A stretch of 64,000 nt of DNA from Trypanosoma brucei (lineage: Eukaryota). Numbering within the stretch: position 1 is the first letter of the stretch; each line of letters starts with the position of its first letter. The DNA lies in the NCBI GenBank assembly GCA_000002445.1, contig CP000069.1, positions 256,001 to 320,000 of the forward strand, given 5' to 3'. Positions 35,832 through 45,256 of the stretch are shown here, in pieces. The position numbers and the translations under genes are program-made. The notes below the pieces were generated by a model. That model did no database searches, was not told the DNA's origin, and worked only from the letters and a program-made list of their open reading frames with translations.

Positions 35832-36677
35832 TTAACAGAAGAGATACGACTCCTTTGGAACTGCAGGGCTCAATGGGCGTTCATATCCCGGACCCGCCTG
35901 TCGTGAGCGACGCGCTCCGTTCCGCTGAAAAGCCAAAGCGGCCTCCACATCAATGACAGAATCGCCACTACTGCTTTTAGAACAGTGTCCCTCATCTTCA
36001 CCAGCGCGGCACGATGCTTCCACACAATCCTCAAGGGGATTTTGTCCACTTGTTGGAGCTGAGAATCCCCACAGCGGTGGTTCACTAATGGAAAAGAACT
36101 CCATCATGGCTTCTTCATCGGGGTCAATGCGGTGGGGACGCTCGCGGAATGTAAGCAAAGACGATGGGATATGGGCAGGTGGTGAGGGCTTCCGTACCGT
36201 CATCTTTCCAACAGAAGACCGCCGCAATTCATATGAAGGCGAGGGGACAACACTTAAACTGCCTGCATGACGCTCACACATCTGGTCTGGAGGAACTCCT
36301 GGGCAATGCGGTAGCCGAATGGGCGATAGCGACGGGCAGCTGTTGCGGGCGGCATCATCATCCCTGGAAACATTGGCGTAACGACGAAGTGGATGCTCGC
36401 CACTTGTTGGCAAGCGCTCCAACCATCTTCTGCATCCGTGAGTTTCAACCGTCCTCACCGATGTGGGCGCCTCGGTGTTGCTGTGATGAGTGGCATTTTG
36501 CATGCGCGCTGCATCACCCTTTACGATATCCGGCCCGAAGTGGTCGTGGTGAGCTGCACACTTTGACTCGATACAGTTCATAACTACTGCAATACTATTT
36601 TCTTTCTTTACACTGTGTTTTTTTTCCCCCTTTCGTGAAGCCTGCTTCTTTTTTTTTTTTTTGGGGAGCAACAGCAC
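35832..36677 (-). CDS. Small hypothetical protein, 281 aa by longest ORF. Alternative start is Met33 at 36581, MNCIESKCAAHHD.
   Basis: Complete ORF. The N-terminal KKKKKK is encoded by a poly-T run on the plus strand. A polypyrimidine tract on the coding strand lies at 36790-36860. Cys/His/Pro-rich, with no known motif. Confidence 0.55.
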   Translation of the reverse strand: MLLLPKKKKKKQASRKGEKKHSVKKENSIAVVMNCIESKCAAHHDHFGPDIVKGDAARMQNATHHSNTEAPTSVRTVETHGCRRWLERLPTSGEHPLRRYANVSRDDDAARNSCPSLSPIRLPHCPGVPPDQMCERHAGSLSVVPSPSYELRRSSVGKMTVRKPSPPAHIPSSLLTFRERPHRIDPDEEAMMEFFSISEPPLWGFSAPTSGQNPLEDCVEASCRAGEDEGHCSKSSSGDSVIDVEAALAFQRNGARRSRQAGPGYERPLSPAVPKESYLFC

Positions 36678-37741
36678 GTTACTGGATGTGTGAATGTACC
36701 CAGGTGTTCTCTGTTTTATTTGTTTTTAATATCAGCGAGGAGATGCAGGTGTTAGCGACCTTTCAGAATTTTTTTTACAAAAAAAAAAGCTTCCCCCGTG
36801 GCTGCTGAATGACAAGCAAAAGAAAGAAAAAAAGAAAAGAAAGCAGTTGGGACAAGCGACACTCGTCTTCTTTTCACCAGAAAACGCAAACTTCGACTAA
36901 ACGTAATGAGAATGAGTAGTCCAAGTCTAAATAAGCTGCTTTTTCCCCCTTTTTGTTGGTGTTGATTCGGTTCTCTTCCACCAGTGGAATGGACGTAACG
37001 CCGAAAATGGTCGGATTCACTGATAAAGCACCAGCCGTGTGTTCTCACGGAAACTTTTAACAAAAAAAAAATGGTGTTTCAGATTTATTAATTCACTTTA
37101 CCTCGATTATTTTCCTTTCCTTCCAACTTTTTTTTGTTTTTCTTCCTTTCCTTTCCCTCCCAGTGTTCGTTTTTCTCCCAGCTCACCTCATTCCTCCCTC
37201 ACTATTTTTGACAATCAATTCTTTCTTTTCTTCTTTCCTCGCTGTCAAAAATAATTAAGCTGCGAAAAGAAGGAAAAGAAAAAAAAGAAGAATAGTTCCC
37301 CTCAACTCCTGTATCATCCTCAATTACGTCAGAGGAGTGTGTGCGCAACAAAGTGGGAAACAAAGAGGGAAAGGAGAAAAGTGTCATGTAACGTCTGAAT
37401 GCGCTGCACCCCTAATATATATATATATATACGTTTATGTATAATATTTTCAGTTCCCTCTGTGTGTGTGTGTGTGTGCGTCTTGTTCCCCCATCCTCTT
37501 CGTCTTGTCGGTGTCATAACCATTTACAACTTCAAACGTACTTTGCTTCCCCCTTCCCCCGCCCTTCACAAAGACAGGGACAAAAAGAAACACCCTATAA
37601 GGAGCAAACGTAACCAAAATAACACACACCTAAAACAAATAATGAAAGAAAATAGTGATGAGAATGAGATACGGGGCAACTTAAGGTTTAGGTAAGCTGA
37701 GGAGAGGGGGAAAAAAGAAAAAAGAGGAAAATACAAAGGGT

Positions 37742-40642
37742 TCAGTTCAAAAGCACTGCCATCATTTTGGCTGCTTCCACTTCCGCCTTTTGCAAGACTT
37801 GTGTAGTATTGGCAGCGGGGAACCCCGACTGGGCTGCCGACGGCTTTCCACCCCCTTTCCCTACGGCTGTTTTGGCCCAACTGACTGCGTCCAGCTTCTT
37901 AGCAACGAAGGCGGGGGGAAGAGAAACAAGTGCAAGTGCCTTACTTTCATCACTCCCCACAAGAAAAAGCCCCACATCTCCCGAGACTGCCTTGGAGAAT
38001 CCGTCTGCATACGCTTGCAATGCCTCGCGGTCGGCGCCGGTGTCAGTGAGATGCCGCACCAACAGCGGCCCCGCAGACGCATCATACGCCTCCGCCGCGG
38101 CACGGCCAGCTTCCGTTGCCTTCTCTTTCATCTGCGCCGCCTGTGCCTTGAGAGCTCCGAGGACATTTTTGATGCTCCCGTCAATTTCTTCCCGCAGTGT
38201 GTTCTTGACGACGAGGGGAATCGCGCTGTCACCCACTTTCTTGTTCAGCACTGACAGACTTTTCGCCACGGCATCGGAGGCGGGGCGAGACATGATTTCC
38301 CGGTACTCCTGCTGAAGTGCTTTACCACCCTCTTGTGCCTTACGGGCGGCGTCACGTGTTGCGACGACCATCCGCCGAATACCTTTCATAAGGGATTCCT
38401 CAGAAAGAATAACAGCCAACTGCGCATCTTGCGTGTTGGAGAGGTGCGTCCCACCGCAGAACTCGGTGGAGTACGCCCTCCACTCTTCGCTCTCTGGCTC
38501 TGCGATAAGTTTTTCAACTGGGACCCCGACAGATATAACGCTGACGGGGTCCGGGTACTTCTCCCCAAACATGTGTCTCAGGCCTGCGATCCGGCTGGCA
38601 GCATCCAATGCGATTTCTTTGCGATATACCTCTAATCCTTGTTGGATTATTTGATTGATAAGCTTCTCAACCTTGATGAGATCCTCCAGGCTAACCTTGT
38701 TATTGTAGCTGAAATCAAACCGCAGCATTTCAGGTGTGACGAGCGACCCCTTTTGGTTCACCTCCATGAAGTTATCCTTGGCCTCCTCCTCCAGAACACG
38801 GCGCAAACACCAGTTAAGAATGTGCGTGGAGGTGTGGTTCGCGGCGATAGGTAGGCGCCGCTCGTAGTCCACTTGCAACTCCACTGACGCCGTGACGGGA
38901 ATGGGTGCAGCTGCCCCATCCTCCACTGACCTCATACCACCCACGTGCACGATGTATCCCCCTACATTGTACACCTTCCTCACATCAAATATAGCGTCCG
39001 GTGCGGCGACAATGCAGCCCGTGTCATATATTTGGCCACCAGCCTCGGCGTAAAAGTTTGTAACATCAAGTATAATACCGATATCCTCGGGGCCCATTTC
39101 AGAATCAGGAAGAAGCACGTCCACGAAGCTGCCACTTTTCTTGTCGAAAATGGCTTTCACCTCCGCCACATGCTTTTTCCACGTGTATTTGGCCGAATCA
39201 TCCGTTGGGGAGACACCGCCAGCCTTAAGCTCTTCTAACTGGTGCACGTCAATGAAGGTCTTTGCCGCCGCCACGCGACCAGAGCTCAATTGGCTAGCCT
39301 TCATCGTGGCGTGAAAACCTTCAAGGTCGACACTCATGTTGGCCTTCTCCGCAAGAAGGCTGGTTAGGTCAACTGGAAAACCGTAGCGGTCGTGCAGTAT
39401 AAAGGCATTTTCACCGCTGATGACATTGTTAACTGCCTCTGCCACAGCCTTGTTAAAGTGCTTTAGTCCAGTTTCCCATGTCCTAGCGAAGGATGTTTCT
39501 TCATCTGCCAGCACGCCTTTGATACGCTGCACCGTTCGCGGCTCTTGTATGTGTTTGAAGAACGGCCCAAGGGACGAGACGACCGAATCCACGAGTTGAT
39601 GGAAGAACCCCACTTTCGCGCCAAGAAACTGAACTCCATAACGCACGGCACGCCGGATGATGCGACGCAACACAAAGCCCCTTCCGACTGAGTCCGGCAT
39701 GGCACCATCTGCAAGAGCCACTGTGAGGCAGCGGATATGGTCTGCCACGGCCCGGTAGGCCACTGTGGCGTCGCACGTATCGTGGCGTACCTCCGCATAG
39801 GACTTCTCAAACCCAGTTACTTTCTGGATGGTGTCAAACAGAGGTGTCCACGCGTCTGTGTCATAATTCGAGTCTGCGCCTTGCAGTATAGATGTAAGCC
39901 TCTCTAGCCCCATCCCAGTATCCACGTGCATCTTAGGAAGTGGAACAATAACACCACCCGCGCGACGCTCGAACTGCATGAAAACAAGGTTCCAAACTTC
40001 GAGAACCATGGGATCGTCTTTGTTCACCAAGTCGGCTGCATCTCGGCCTCCAATTCGGTCAAAATGGATCTCCGAGCACGGCCCGCATGGACCCACGTCC
40101 CCCATTTCCCAGAAGTTGTCCTTCGCATTTCCAGCGATGACGCGGCTGGCTGGAAGCAACTGCAGCCACAACTGTTTAGACTCTTCGTCAGCCTCTATGC
40201 CATTCGCGGGATCACCTTCGAAGTACGTCGCGTAAAGGCGATCTTTGGGAAGTTTGTACACCTCAGTGAGAAGTTCCCACGACCACAGTATTGCCTCCCG
40301 CTTAAAGTAATCACCAAAGGACCACGAGCCCAACATCTCAAAAAAGGTGTGGTGGTACGTGTCGCGGCCCACGTCGTCCAAGTCGTTGTGCTTTCCACCT
40401 GCACGGATACACAGTTGCGAGTTGACAGCACGGGTGAGGCGACCAAAGTCTGTGTTGGGGTCTGCGGTACCAAGAAAAAGGTTCTTAAACTGGTTCATTC
40501 CCGCGTTGGTGAACAGTAACGTGGGGTCGTTGTGGGGGACCACCGCGCTGGATGGGACAAAAGTGTGACCCCGCTGCTCAAAAAAACTGACAAACTCCTG
40601 CCGCACCCGATTAACAGGCCATTCAGTCACCGCTTTTGTCAT
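37742..40642 (-). CDS. AlaRS: Alanyl-tRNA synthetase, about 966 aa from Met at 40642..40640. The track ORF extends in frame by 41 codons to 40765.
   Basis: Class II AlaRS hallmarks: FTNAGMNQFK, the N-terminus MTKAVTEWPVNRVRQEFVSFFEQRGHTF, the editing-domain motif (HTSTHILNWCLR) and the C-terminal DHHA1-like region. The 41-codon upstream extension overlaps the polypyrimidine tract (40690-40770). Confidence 0.9.
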   Translation of the reverse strand: MTKAVTEWPVNRVRQEFVSFFEQRGHTFVPSSAVVPHNDPTLLFTNAGMNQFKNLFLGTADPNTDFGRLTRAVNSQLCIRAGGKHNDLDDVGRDTYHHTFFEMLGSWSFGDYFKREAILWSWELLTEVYKLPKDRLYATYFEGDPANGIEADEESKQLWLQLLPASRVIAGNAKDNFWEMGDVGPCGPCSEIHFDRIGGRDAADLVNKDDPMVLEVWNLVFMQFERRAGGVIVPLPKMHVDTGMGLERLTSILQGADSNYDTDAWTPLFDTIQKVTGFEKSYAEVRHDTCDATVAYRAVADHIRCLTVALADGAMPDSVGRGFVLRRIIRRAVRYGVQFLGAKVGFFHQLVDSVVSSLGPFFKHIQEPRTVQRIKGVLADEETSFARTWETGLKHFNKAVAEAVNNVISGENAFILHDRYGFPVDLTSLLAEKANMSVDLEGFHATMKASQLSSGRVAAAKTFIDVHQLEELKAGGVSPTDDSAKYTWKKHVAEVKAIFDKKSGSFVDVLLPDSEMGPEDIGIILDVTNFYAEAGGQIYDTGCIVAAPDAIFDVRKVYNVGGYIVHVGGMRSVEDGAAAPIPVTASVELQVDYERRLPIAANHTSTHILNWCLRRVLEEEAKDNFMEVNQKGSLVTPEMLRFDFSYNNKVSLEDLIKVEKLINQIIQQGLEVYRKEIALDAASRIAGLRHMFGEKYPDPVSVISVGVPVEKLIAEPESEEWRAYSTEFCGGTHLSNTQDAQLAVILSEESLMKGIRRMVVATRDAARKAQEGGKALQQEYREIMSRPASDAVAKSLSVLNKKVGDSAIPLVVKNTLREEIDGSIKNVLGALKAQAAQMKEKATEAGRAAAEAYDASAGPLLVRHLTDTGADREALQAYADGFSKAVSGDVGLFLVGSDESKALALVSLPPAFVAKKLDAVSWAKTAVGKGGGKPSAAQSGFPAANTTQVLQKAEVEAAKMMAVLLN

Positions 40643-40689
40643 CCGTGTTAGTAATGTCAATTCTCGGTGCAACGTTGCGGTGCTTGGAA

Positions 40690-40770
40690 TACCAACTTGA
40701 AATAAAAAAGAAAGAAGGAAAGAAGGCAGAACGAACGAAGTAAATAGGAAGCGGAAATAAAGCAAGAACG
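40690..40770 (-). promoter_or_regulatory. Polypyrimidine tract (on the minus strand). Putative trans-splice acceptor region for the AlaRS mRNA.
   Basis: The plus strand is purine-rich (gaaataaaaaagaaagaaggaaagaaggcagaacgaacgaag...), so the coding strand is pyrimidine-rich. It lies 50 to 130 nt upstream of AlaRS Met40642. Confidence 0.5.
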
Positions 40771-41015
40771 ACCAGTTAGAGGAGGAGCAAAGGCCACTAA
40801 ACGCTTGCCAATGAACCTACATACTTCACTGCTTCCTAGCGCTGTAGAGGGCAATCAAACTGGGGAAGATGGTTGGGGAGGCAACTGCTGGCGAAAAGGA
40901 AGAATCAAATGGCGCTGAAGGCTAGACAAAGACGCCTCTCCTCAACCCCCAAAATTTTGACTCCCTTCTGCTTTTTCCAACTGAAGGAGCCCACCCCGGT
41001 CCAATTCTCCCCTAA

Positions 41016-41016
41016 G

Positions 41017-41057
<41 letters not shown>
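41016..41057. repeat. (AC)n then (AT)n compound microsatellite, lying just 5' of the dephospho-CoA kinase stop (in its 3'UTR on the minus strand).
   Basis: acacacacacacacacacatatatatatatatatatatatat. Confidence 0.9.
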
Positions 41058-41087
41058 CATGCATACATGTATTGCTGTGCACTCATC

Positions 41088-41816
41088 TTAGAATACGATG
41101 CGGAGGCAACAGTAAACAACCACAGCACCTAAACTAACACCAACGGCCAATGCGCCCGACAGAGCAAATGCCACCCGCCCACCTGACTGTTGTTGCATCC
41201 AAGCAACCGTGTCGGCTACGGAGTGTTCCAATTCACTAAGGCTCTCCTCGTTATGTATCACACGATCGGCACGTTTGCACTTTTCCGATATGGGCATCTG
41301 TGCATTTATCCTTTGCAGTGCTTGCTCCCGCGTAAGCCCGTTACGTTTGGCCATTCGCTCAACCTGTTGCTCTTCACTACACGACACAACTACCACCCGG
41401 TCAACGAGCCATGTGTAAATGTTGGATTCATAAAGAAGCGGTACATCGAGGACAACGAGGAGGGGCCCTTGTCCCCTAAGCTGCTGGCGCAAGCTCTGCC
41501 ACCACAGACCAATAACCATCTTCATGGTTGCACGAAAAATGGGAAAATTCATAATTCGTGCGAGGGCACGACGCGCGCTGGGGTCACTGAAAATGATACT
41601 GCCAAGTGCAGCACGGTTAACTTCGCCAGATTGTGGATCAACACAGTTAGGCCAGCGCCTTGCAATCTTCCGTGTGCACGGCATGAATGGGCGTTGTAGC
41701 TCACGCACTACAAGGTCCGAGTCTACGACAACAATGTGATGACTTTCTTTCAGCAGTAATGAAACGGTCGACTTTCCGCACGCGATCCCCCCGGTGAGAC
41801 CGACGAGTAGCATGGC
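41088..41816 (-). CDS. Dephospho-CoA kinase (CoaE family), about 242 aa from Met17. Longest ORF reaches 41864. It carries a C-terminal hydrophobic tail.
   Basis: P-loop LVGLTGGIACGKST at the extreme N-terminus is typical of DPCK. The last ~25 residues, VAFALSGALAVGVSLGAVVVYCCLRIVF, form a predicted tail-anchor. Confidence 0.8.
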   Translation of the reverse strand, partial: AMLLVGLTGGIACGKSTVSLLLKESHHIVVVDSDLVVRELQRPFMPCTRKIARRWPNCVDPQSGEVNRAALGSIIFSDPSARRALARIMNFPIFRATMKMVIGLWWQSLRQQLRGQGPLLVVLDVPLLYESNIYTWLVDRVVVVSCSEEQQVERMAKRNGLTREQALQRINAQMPISEKCKRADRVIHNEESLSELEHSVADTVAWMQQQSGGRVAFALSGALAVGVSLGAVVVYCCLRIVF

Positions 41817-42194
41817 GACCCCCTCGATAGCGCTAGCATGTTTGAAAGGGAAAGCGCAAAGCACCCAAGCATGTGTGCAGCATTTGGTTCCGTGAGTGGT
41901 GGAAGGGATGGAGTAAGAAAACGGAAGAAAACAACAAAGAGGTGAAACAGGTTAGTCATAGCTCAATGCCAAATTAAGTAACATAATGAGGGAGGATTTG
42001 CGGCGGTAAACACACCCTCAGCACCGCACGCCAGTGCGCACAAAGTTAGAATTCGCGCACAACAAACGCATGGAGCGTTGATAGACTTTTTTTTAAAAAA
42101 AAAGAAAAGAGGCTAAAAGTACGAATGAAACTAACGGATGCAGGAAAGGACAGCGACTCATCGGGAACGTCGAGGGGTGTCGCGAGACAACTCT

Positions 42195-42764
42195 CTAATT
42201 CTTACCAGCGGTGGACTTCGCCTTTGTCTTGCCGGAAGCAACCCTGGCCTTGCGTGCAGCACGGGCCTTCTCGACACGCTTTTTGGCAGCTGGCGTGCTG
42301 TCCACTTTCTTAGCGTTCTTGAGAAGCTTCTTAAGTGCAACCTTGTGCCACGAGACGGGGTTCTTTTTGTCGTTTTCGTCGAAGATCTTGCGTGCCCAGT
42401 AGGCGCGAGACCGCTTGGCAACACGCAGTTGGTAGCGCTCGAAATCAGTCGATTCGGCAAAAGCCTTCTTGGCTGCGATGCGGACAGCAGACTTTGTGGC
42501 GGCGTACTTCTCAAGGACCTTCTTCGACTCGAGCGCCTCCTTTAGTGCCTTGGTGCTGCAGTTACGAGAGATGGAGACACAGAACTTCAGAGGCTCGACG
42601 TTCTTTAGGTTTTGCACGTGACGCCACATCTTTTGCTCGCAAGGATTCTCCACTAAGACGCGGTTGGCGTCAACGATGTCGACTATCACACCGACACGGT
42701 TCTGCCTGGGACCGCGAAGGATGCGCACAAGGCGGCCAGCACGGATGTAGTTTGCCTTCACCAT
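42195..42764 (-). CDS. RPL14: 60S ribosomal protein L14 (eL14), 189 aa, with a Lys/Ala-rich C-terminal extension.
   Basis: The N-terminus MVKANYIRAGRLVRILRGPRQNRVGVIVDIVD is the conserved eL14 KOW-like motif. The basic tail is AAKKRVEKARAARKARVASGKTKAKSTAGKN. Confidence 0.9.
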   Translation of the reverse strand: MVKANYIRAGRLVRILRGPRQNRVGVIVDIVDANRVLVENPCEQKMWRHVQNLKNVEPLKFCVSISRNCSTKALKEALESKKVLEKYAATKSAVRIAAKKAFAESTDFERYQLRVAKRSRAYWARKIFDENDKKNPVSWHKVALKKLLKNAKKVDSTPAAKKRVEKARAARKARVASGKTKAKSTAGKN

Positions 42765-43468
42765 TTCGCGTTGCCGTATGCGGGTGCGCTTTTCCTTGGT
42801 GTCAGAAACCTCTTCCTTTTCCTCTTGTCATCATGGTCAATAAAAGCGGTAGGACATATCATGAAAGAGGGAGTGGGTTGACAGGAGAATGGTTTAAGTT
42901 GTTATCAGGCAACAACTTACAGGGGCGCTCTGTGGGTGGAGTCAGAGATGACATCCACGAGGGAAAGGCAAGTGCATTGCGGGGCCCTAACCGGTTAGTG
43001 CGGGTCGTGAAGTTTTTGCATTGTTCCCCGTTTATTTTTTTTTCCCCCTTTGTTCGATGAACGTGTCCATCACTGTTTCACGAGAAAAGAAAGAAAAATA
43101 TAAGAATTTGCACGGGGTTGCACTTCCACTCTCCAAAAAAAAAACCGACGAGCCAGAATATGATCACAAACCCCGTTCCACAGGTGTATGCAGGCACATA
43201 CACATACACACGCAAAAGAAAAAGCAGCGACACGCTGAAGTACAGCATGTATGAAAGTAGCCCATATCGAATTGGCAAGCGGATGGGGGTGGGGGAGGAG
43301 AGAGCAACGAAACGGGACGGCTGAAATATGTGCAGCAAGAGAAAAAAAAGAACCAAAGTATGCATGGGACGGTAATGCGAGCACGCATTCTCAACATACC
43401 CTTTTGGACACTTTTCCCGTTTCCAAACCTGTCATGCTGTTCTTCCTCAATCCTTTCACCTTCCCCCC

Positions 43469-45256
43469 TCAAACCATTGGAAGCTCCAGGAAGGTGATAG
43501 AAGCGCCTGTCATTAGAAGGCTTGATGTGTGCAGGGAATCGTACAGAGAATATGTTTCATACACATAAAAGGCCACGTTAAATCCCGTACACGGGTGGAT
43601 CCGGTCCAGAGTACTCAGCGACACCAATGCAGCCCCTATTGGTACCGTGTCTCCATCATATGGACGTACCTCTGCGAGGTTCAGGCGCAAAAATTGCTGA
43701 CATTTCGCACCAGGCCACTTCCATAGCTCAAGTTCATCATCCCACTGAAGGCTTCCACTCGCACTTTGATATTGGGGCTGCGTTTCACTCGTTACCACTT
43801 TCCAACCCTGTTGATCTAGTAGTGTAATACTCACTTGAAACGCCGATGAGGCGCTCGCAGCAAATTCAGAAACCATTGGAAAGCCACGAATAGTCCCGAG
43901 CCGTAGAATGCACCGGCATGTTTTCTGCGAAACGTCTACCGCTGGCGCATCAAAAGGAAGCATTGTAACACCACTTTGTGGACCCTGCGAATGAGCACTG
44001 ACCGGTTGCACCCCTTGGGTAGATGAATCGGCACTCACGGGGTAAACCATGCTGTTGCCGTTGAGGGCGCCAACGATAGTGACAGCCTCAGCAATGAATG
44101 GTGTACCGTCTTCCAAGTCATGTGTTACCGCACCTCGTGAGCCATTCTTGTGCCTCTGGACGCTAGGCCGGAAGACAGGGAGAAGGCTCAGGAGCAGTGG
44201 AAACTCATCCGAGGGACTGAAGTGCCTATTGGTAATACACGCTGCGTTAAGCCAGTAGTGATACGGCGTATCTATGGCATTTGGTTGAGGGGTGGAGCTA
44301 TGGACATTTATGATAATTGGCGCAGAAACGGGCCTGGGCCCGTTAACAAGAAGCTGTAGGTGCAATTTTTTCATACAAGCACATTCGCCAATGGTCCACG
44401 TGGCAGTGAAGTATGCACGTTGCTGAGGGCGCACTGTGACGACATGAGCTGGTTCTACAGAGATGTAAGCACAAGCGTCGTGCAAGGGCAGCAATTGCAT
44501 TGCGAGCGCTGTATCAACTGTAGTGTTCATAACAGAAATGACATTGGTAACAACGTAGCTTCCCTCATCGTTGAGCATAAAGGAAGGAAAATAGAAGTCT
44601 AACGTGGAGACCCGGACCGACCCAAAGTCATACTCCAGTGGGGTGATGCCGTCCTCACGACGACCATCCCACTCACTGCTACGGACCTCCACCTCTGCAA
44701 TAGCGTACACCGTCTCGGAATCAATTGCGGCTTGTGTTGGGAACAGGTACACAGGGTATTTGGTATAATGCTGGTTCTCTCTCAAAATGGCAGTGCTGTT
44801 GAGCATCCCCACGCCATAAGTTACGTGACCCTCTTCTCCCCCAACAACCTCCAGCACCAACATCAACCCCTGAGAGCTAGATATGTTAAAGCAGGCGGCA
44901 TCGCTACAATTCGCGCTATCACCACTGGTACTAGCAATGCCATTTCTAATCTCTTCAACGTGCATGTGACGCGTGTCGTTGTCATCCCAACCGACGCCTA
45001 TCCAGCCCGGGTTGGCCGAGATGGGTTTAAGACTCGTCCTACCTACGTGTACAGACTCATTTACTACACGAATACCAATGGGCCGATGAGATCCCCATTG
45101 TTTTCGTACTCGCGCCAACCTCAGAGTTACCTCTTCCACTGTGTCGATGAAAAGGAGGCGGCTAATGTACAGTCTGTACATTTTCGAGTTAGTGGTCCAT
45201 GAGCATTCACACTGAGACACGGACGAAATCTCAGGAGGGGATGCAGCATTCATCAC
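43469..45256 (-). CDS. Hypothetical protein, 595 aa, beta-rich, with no recognisable catalytic motifs.
   Basis: Complete ORF in the track with complex, non-repetitive sequence. Antisense ORFs are short. Confidence 0.7.
   Translation of the reverse strand: MMNAASPPEISSVSQCECSWTTNSKMYRLYISRLLFIDTVEEVTLRLARVRKQWGSHRPIGIRVVNESVHVGRTSLKPISANPGWIGVGWDDNDTRHMHVEEIRNGIASTSGDSANCSDAACFNISSSQGLMLVLEVVGGEEGHVTYGVGMLNSTAILRENQHYTKYPVYLFPTQAAIDSETVYAIAEVEVRSSEWDGRREDGITPLEYDFGSVRVSTLDFYFPSFMLNDEGSYVVTNVISVMNTTVDTALAMQLLPLHDACAYISVEPAHVVTVRPQQRAYFTATWTIGECACMKKLHLQLLVNGPRPVSAPIIINVHSSTPQPNAIDTPYHYWLNAACITNRHFSPSDEFPLLLSLLPVFRPSVQRHKNGSRGAVTHDLEDGTPFIAEAVTIVGALNGNSMVYPVSADSSTQGVQPVSAHSQGPQSGVTMLPFDAPAVDVSQKTCRCILRLGTIRGFPMVSEFAASASSAFQVSITLLDQQGWKVVTSETQPQYQSASGSLQWDDELELWKWPGAKCQQFLRLNLAEVRPYDGDTVPIGAALVSLSTLDRIHPCTGFNVAFYVYETYSLYDSLHTSSLLMTGASITFLELPMV

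Noticed and set aside
37767-40519. Plus-strand ORFs 37767..38315, 37790..38254 and 39926..40519
   Set aside because: Antisense shadow ORFs inside alanyl-tRNA synthetase.
41190-43060. Plus-strand ORFs 41190..41699 (169 aa), 42138..42545 (135 aa) and 42335..43060 (241 aa)
   Set aside because: Antisense to dephospho-CoA kinase and RPL14. The minus-strand products have unambiguous conserved motifs.
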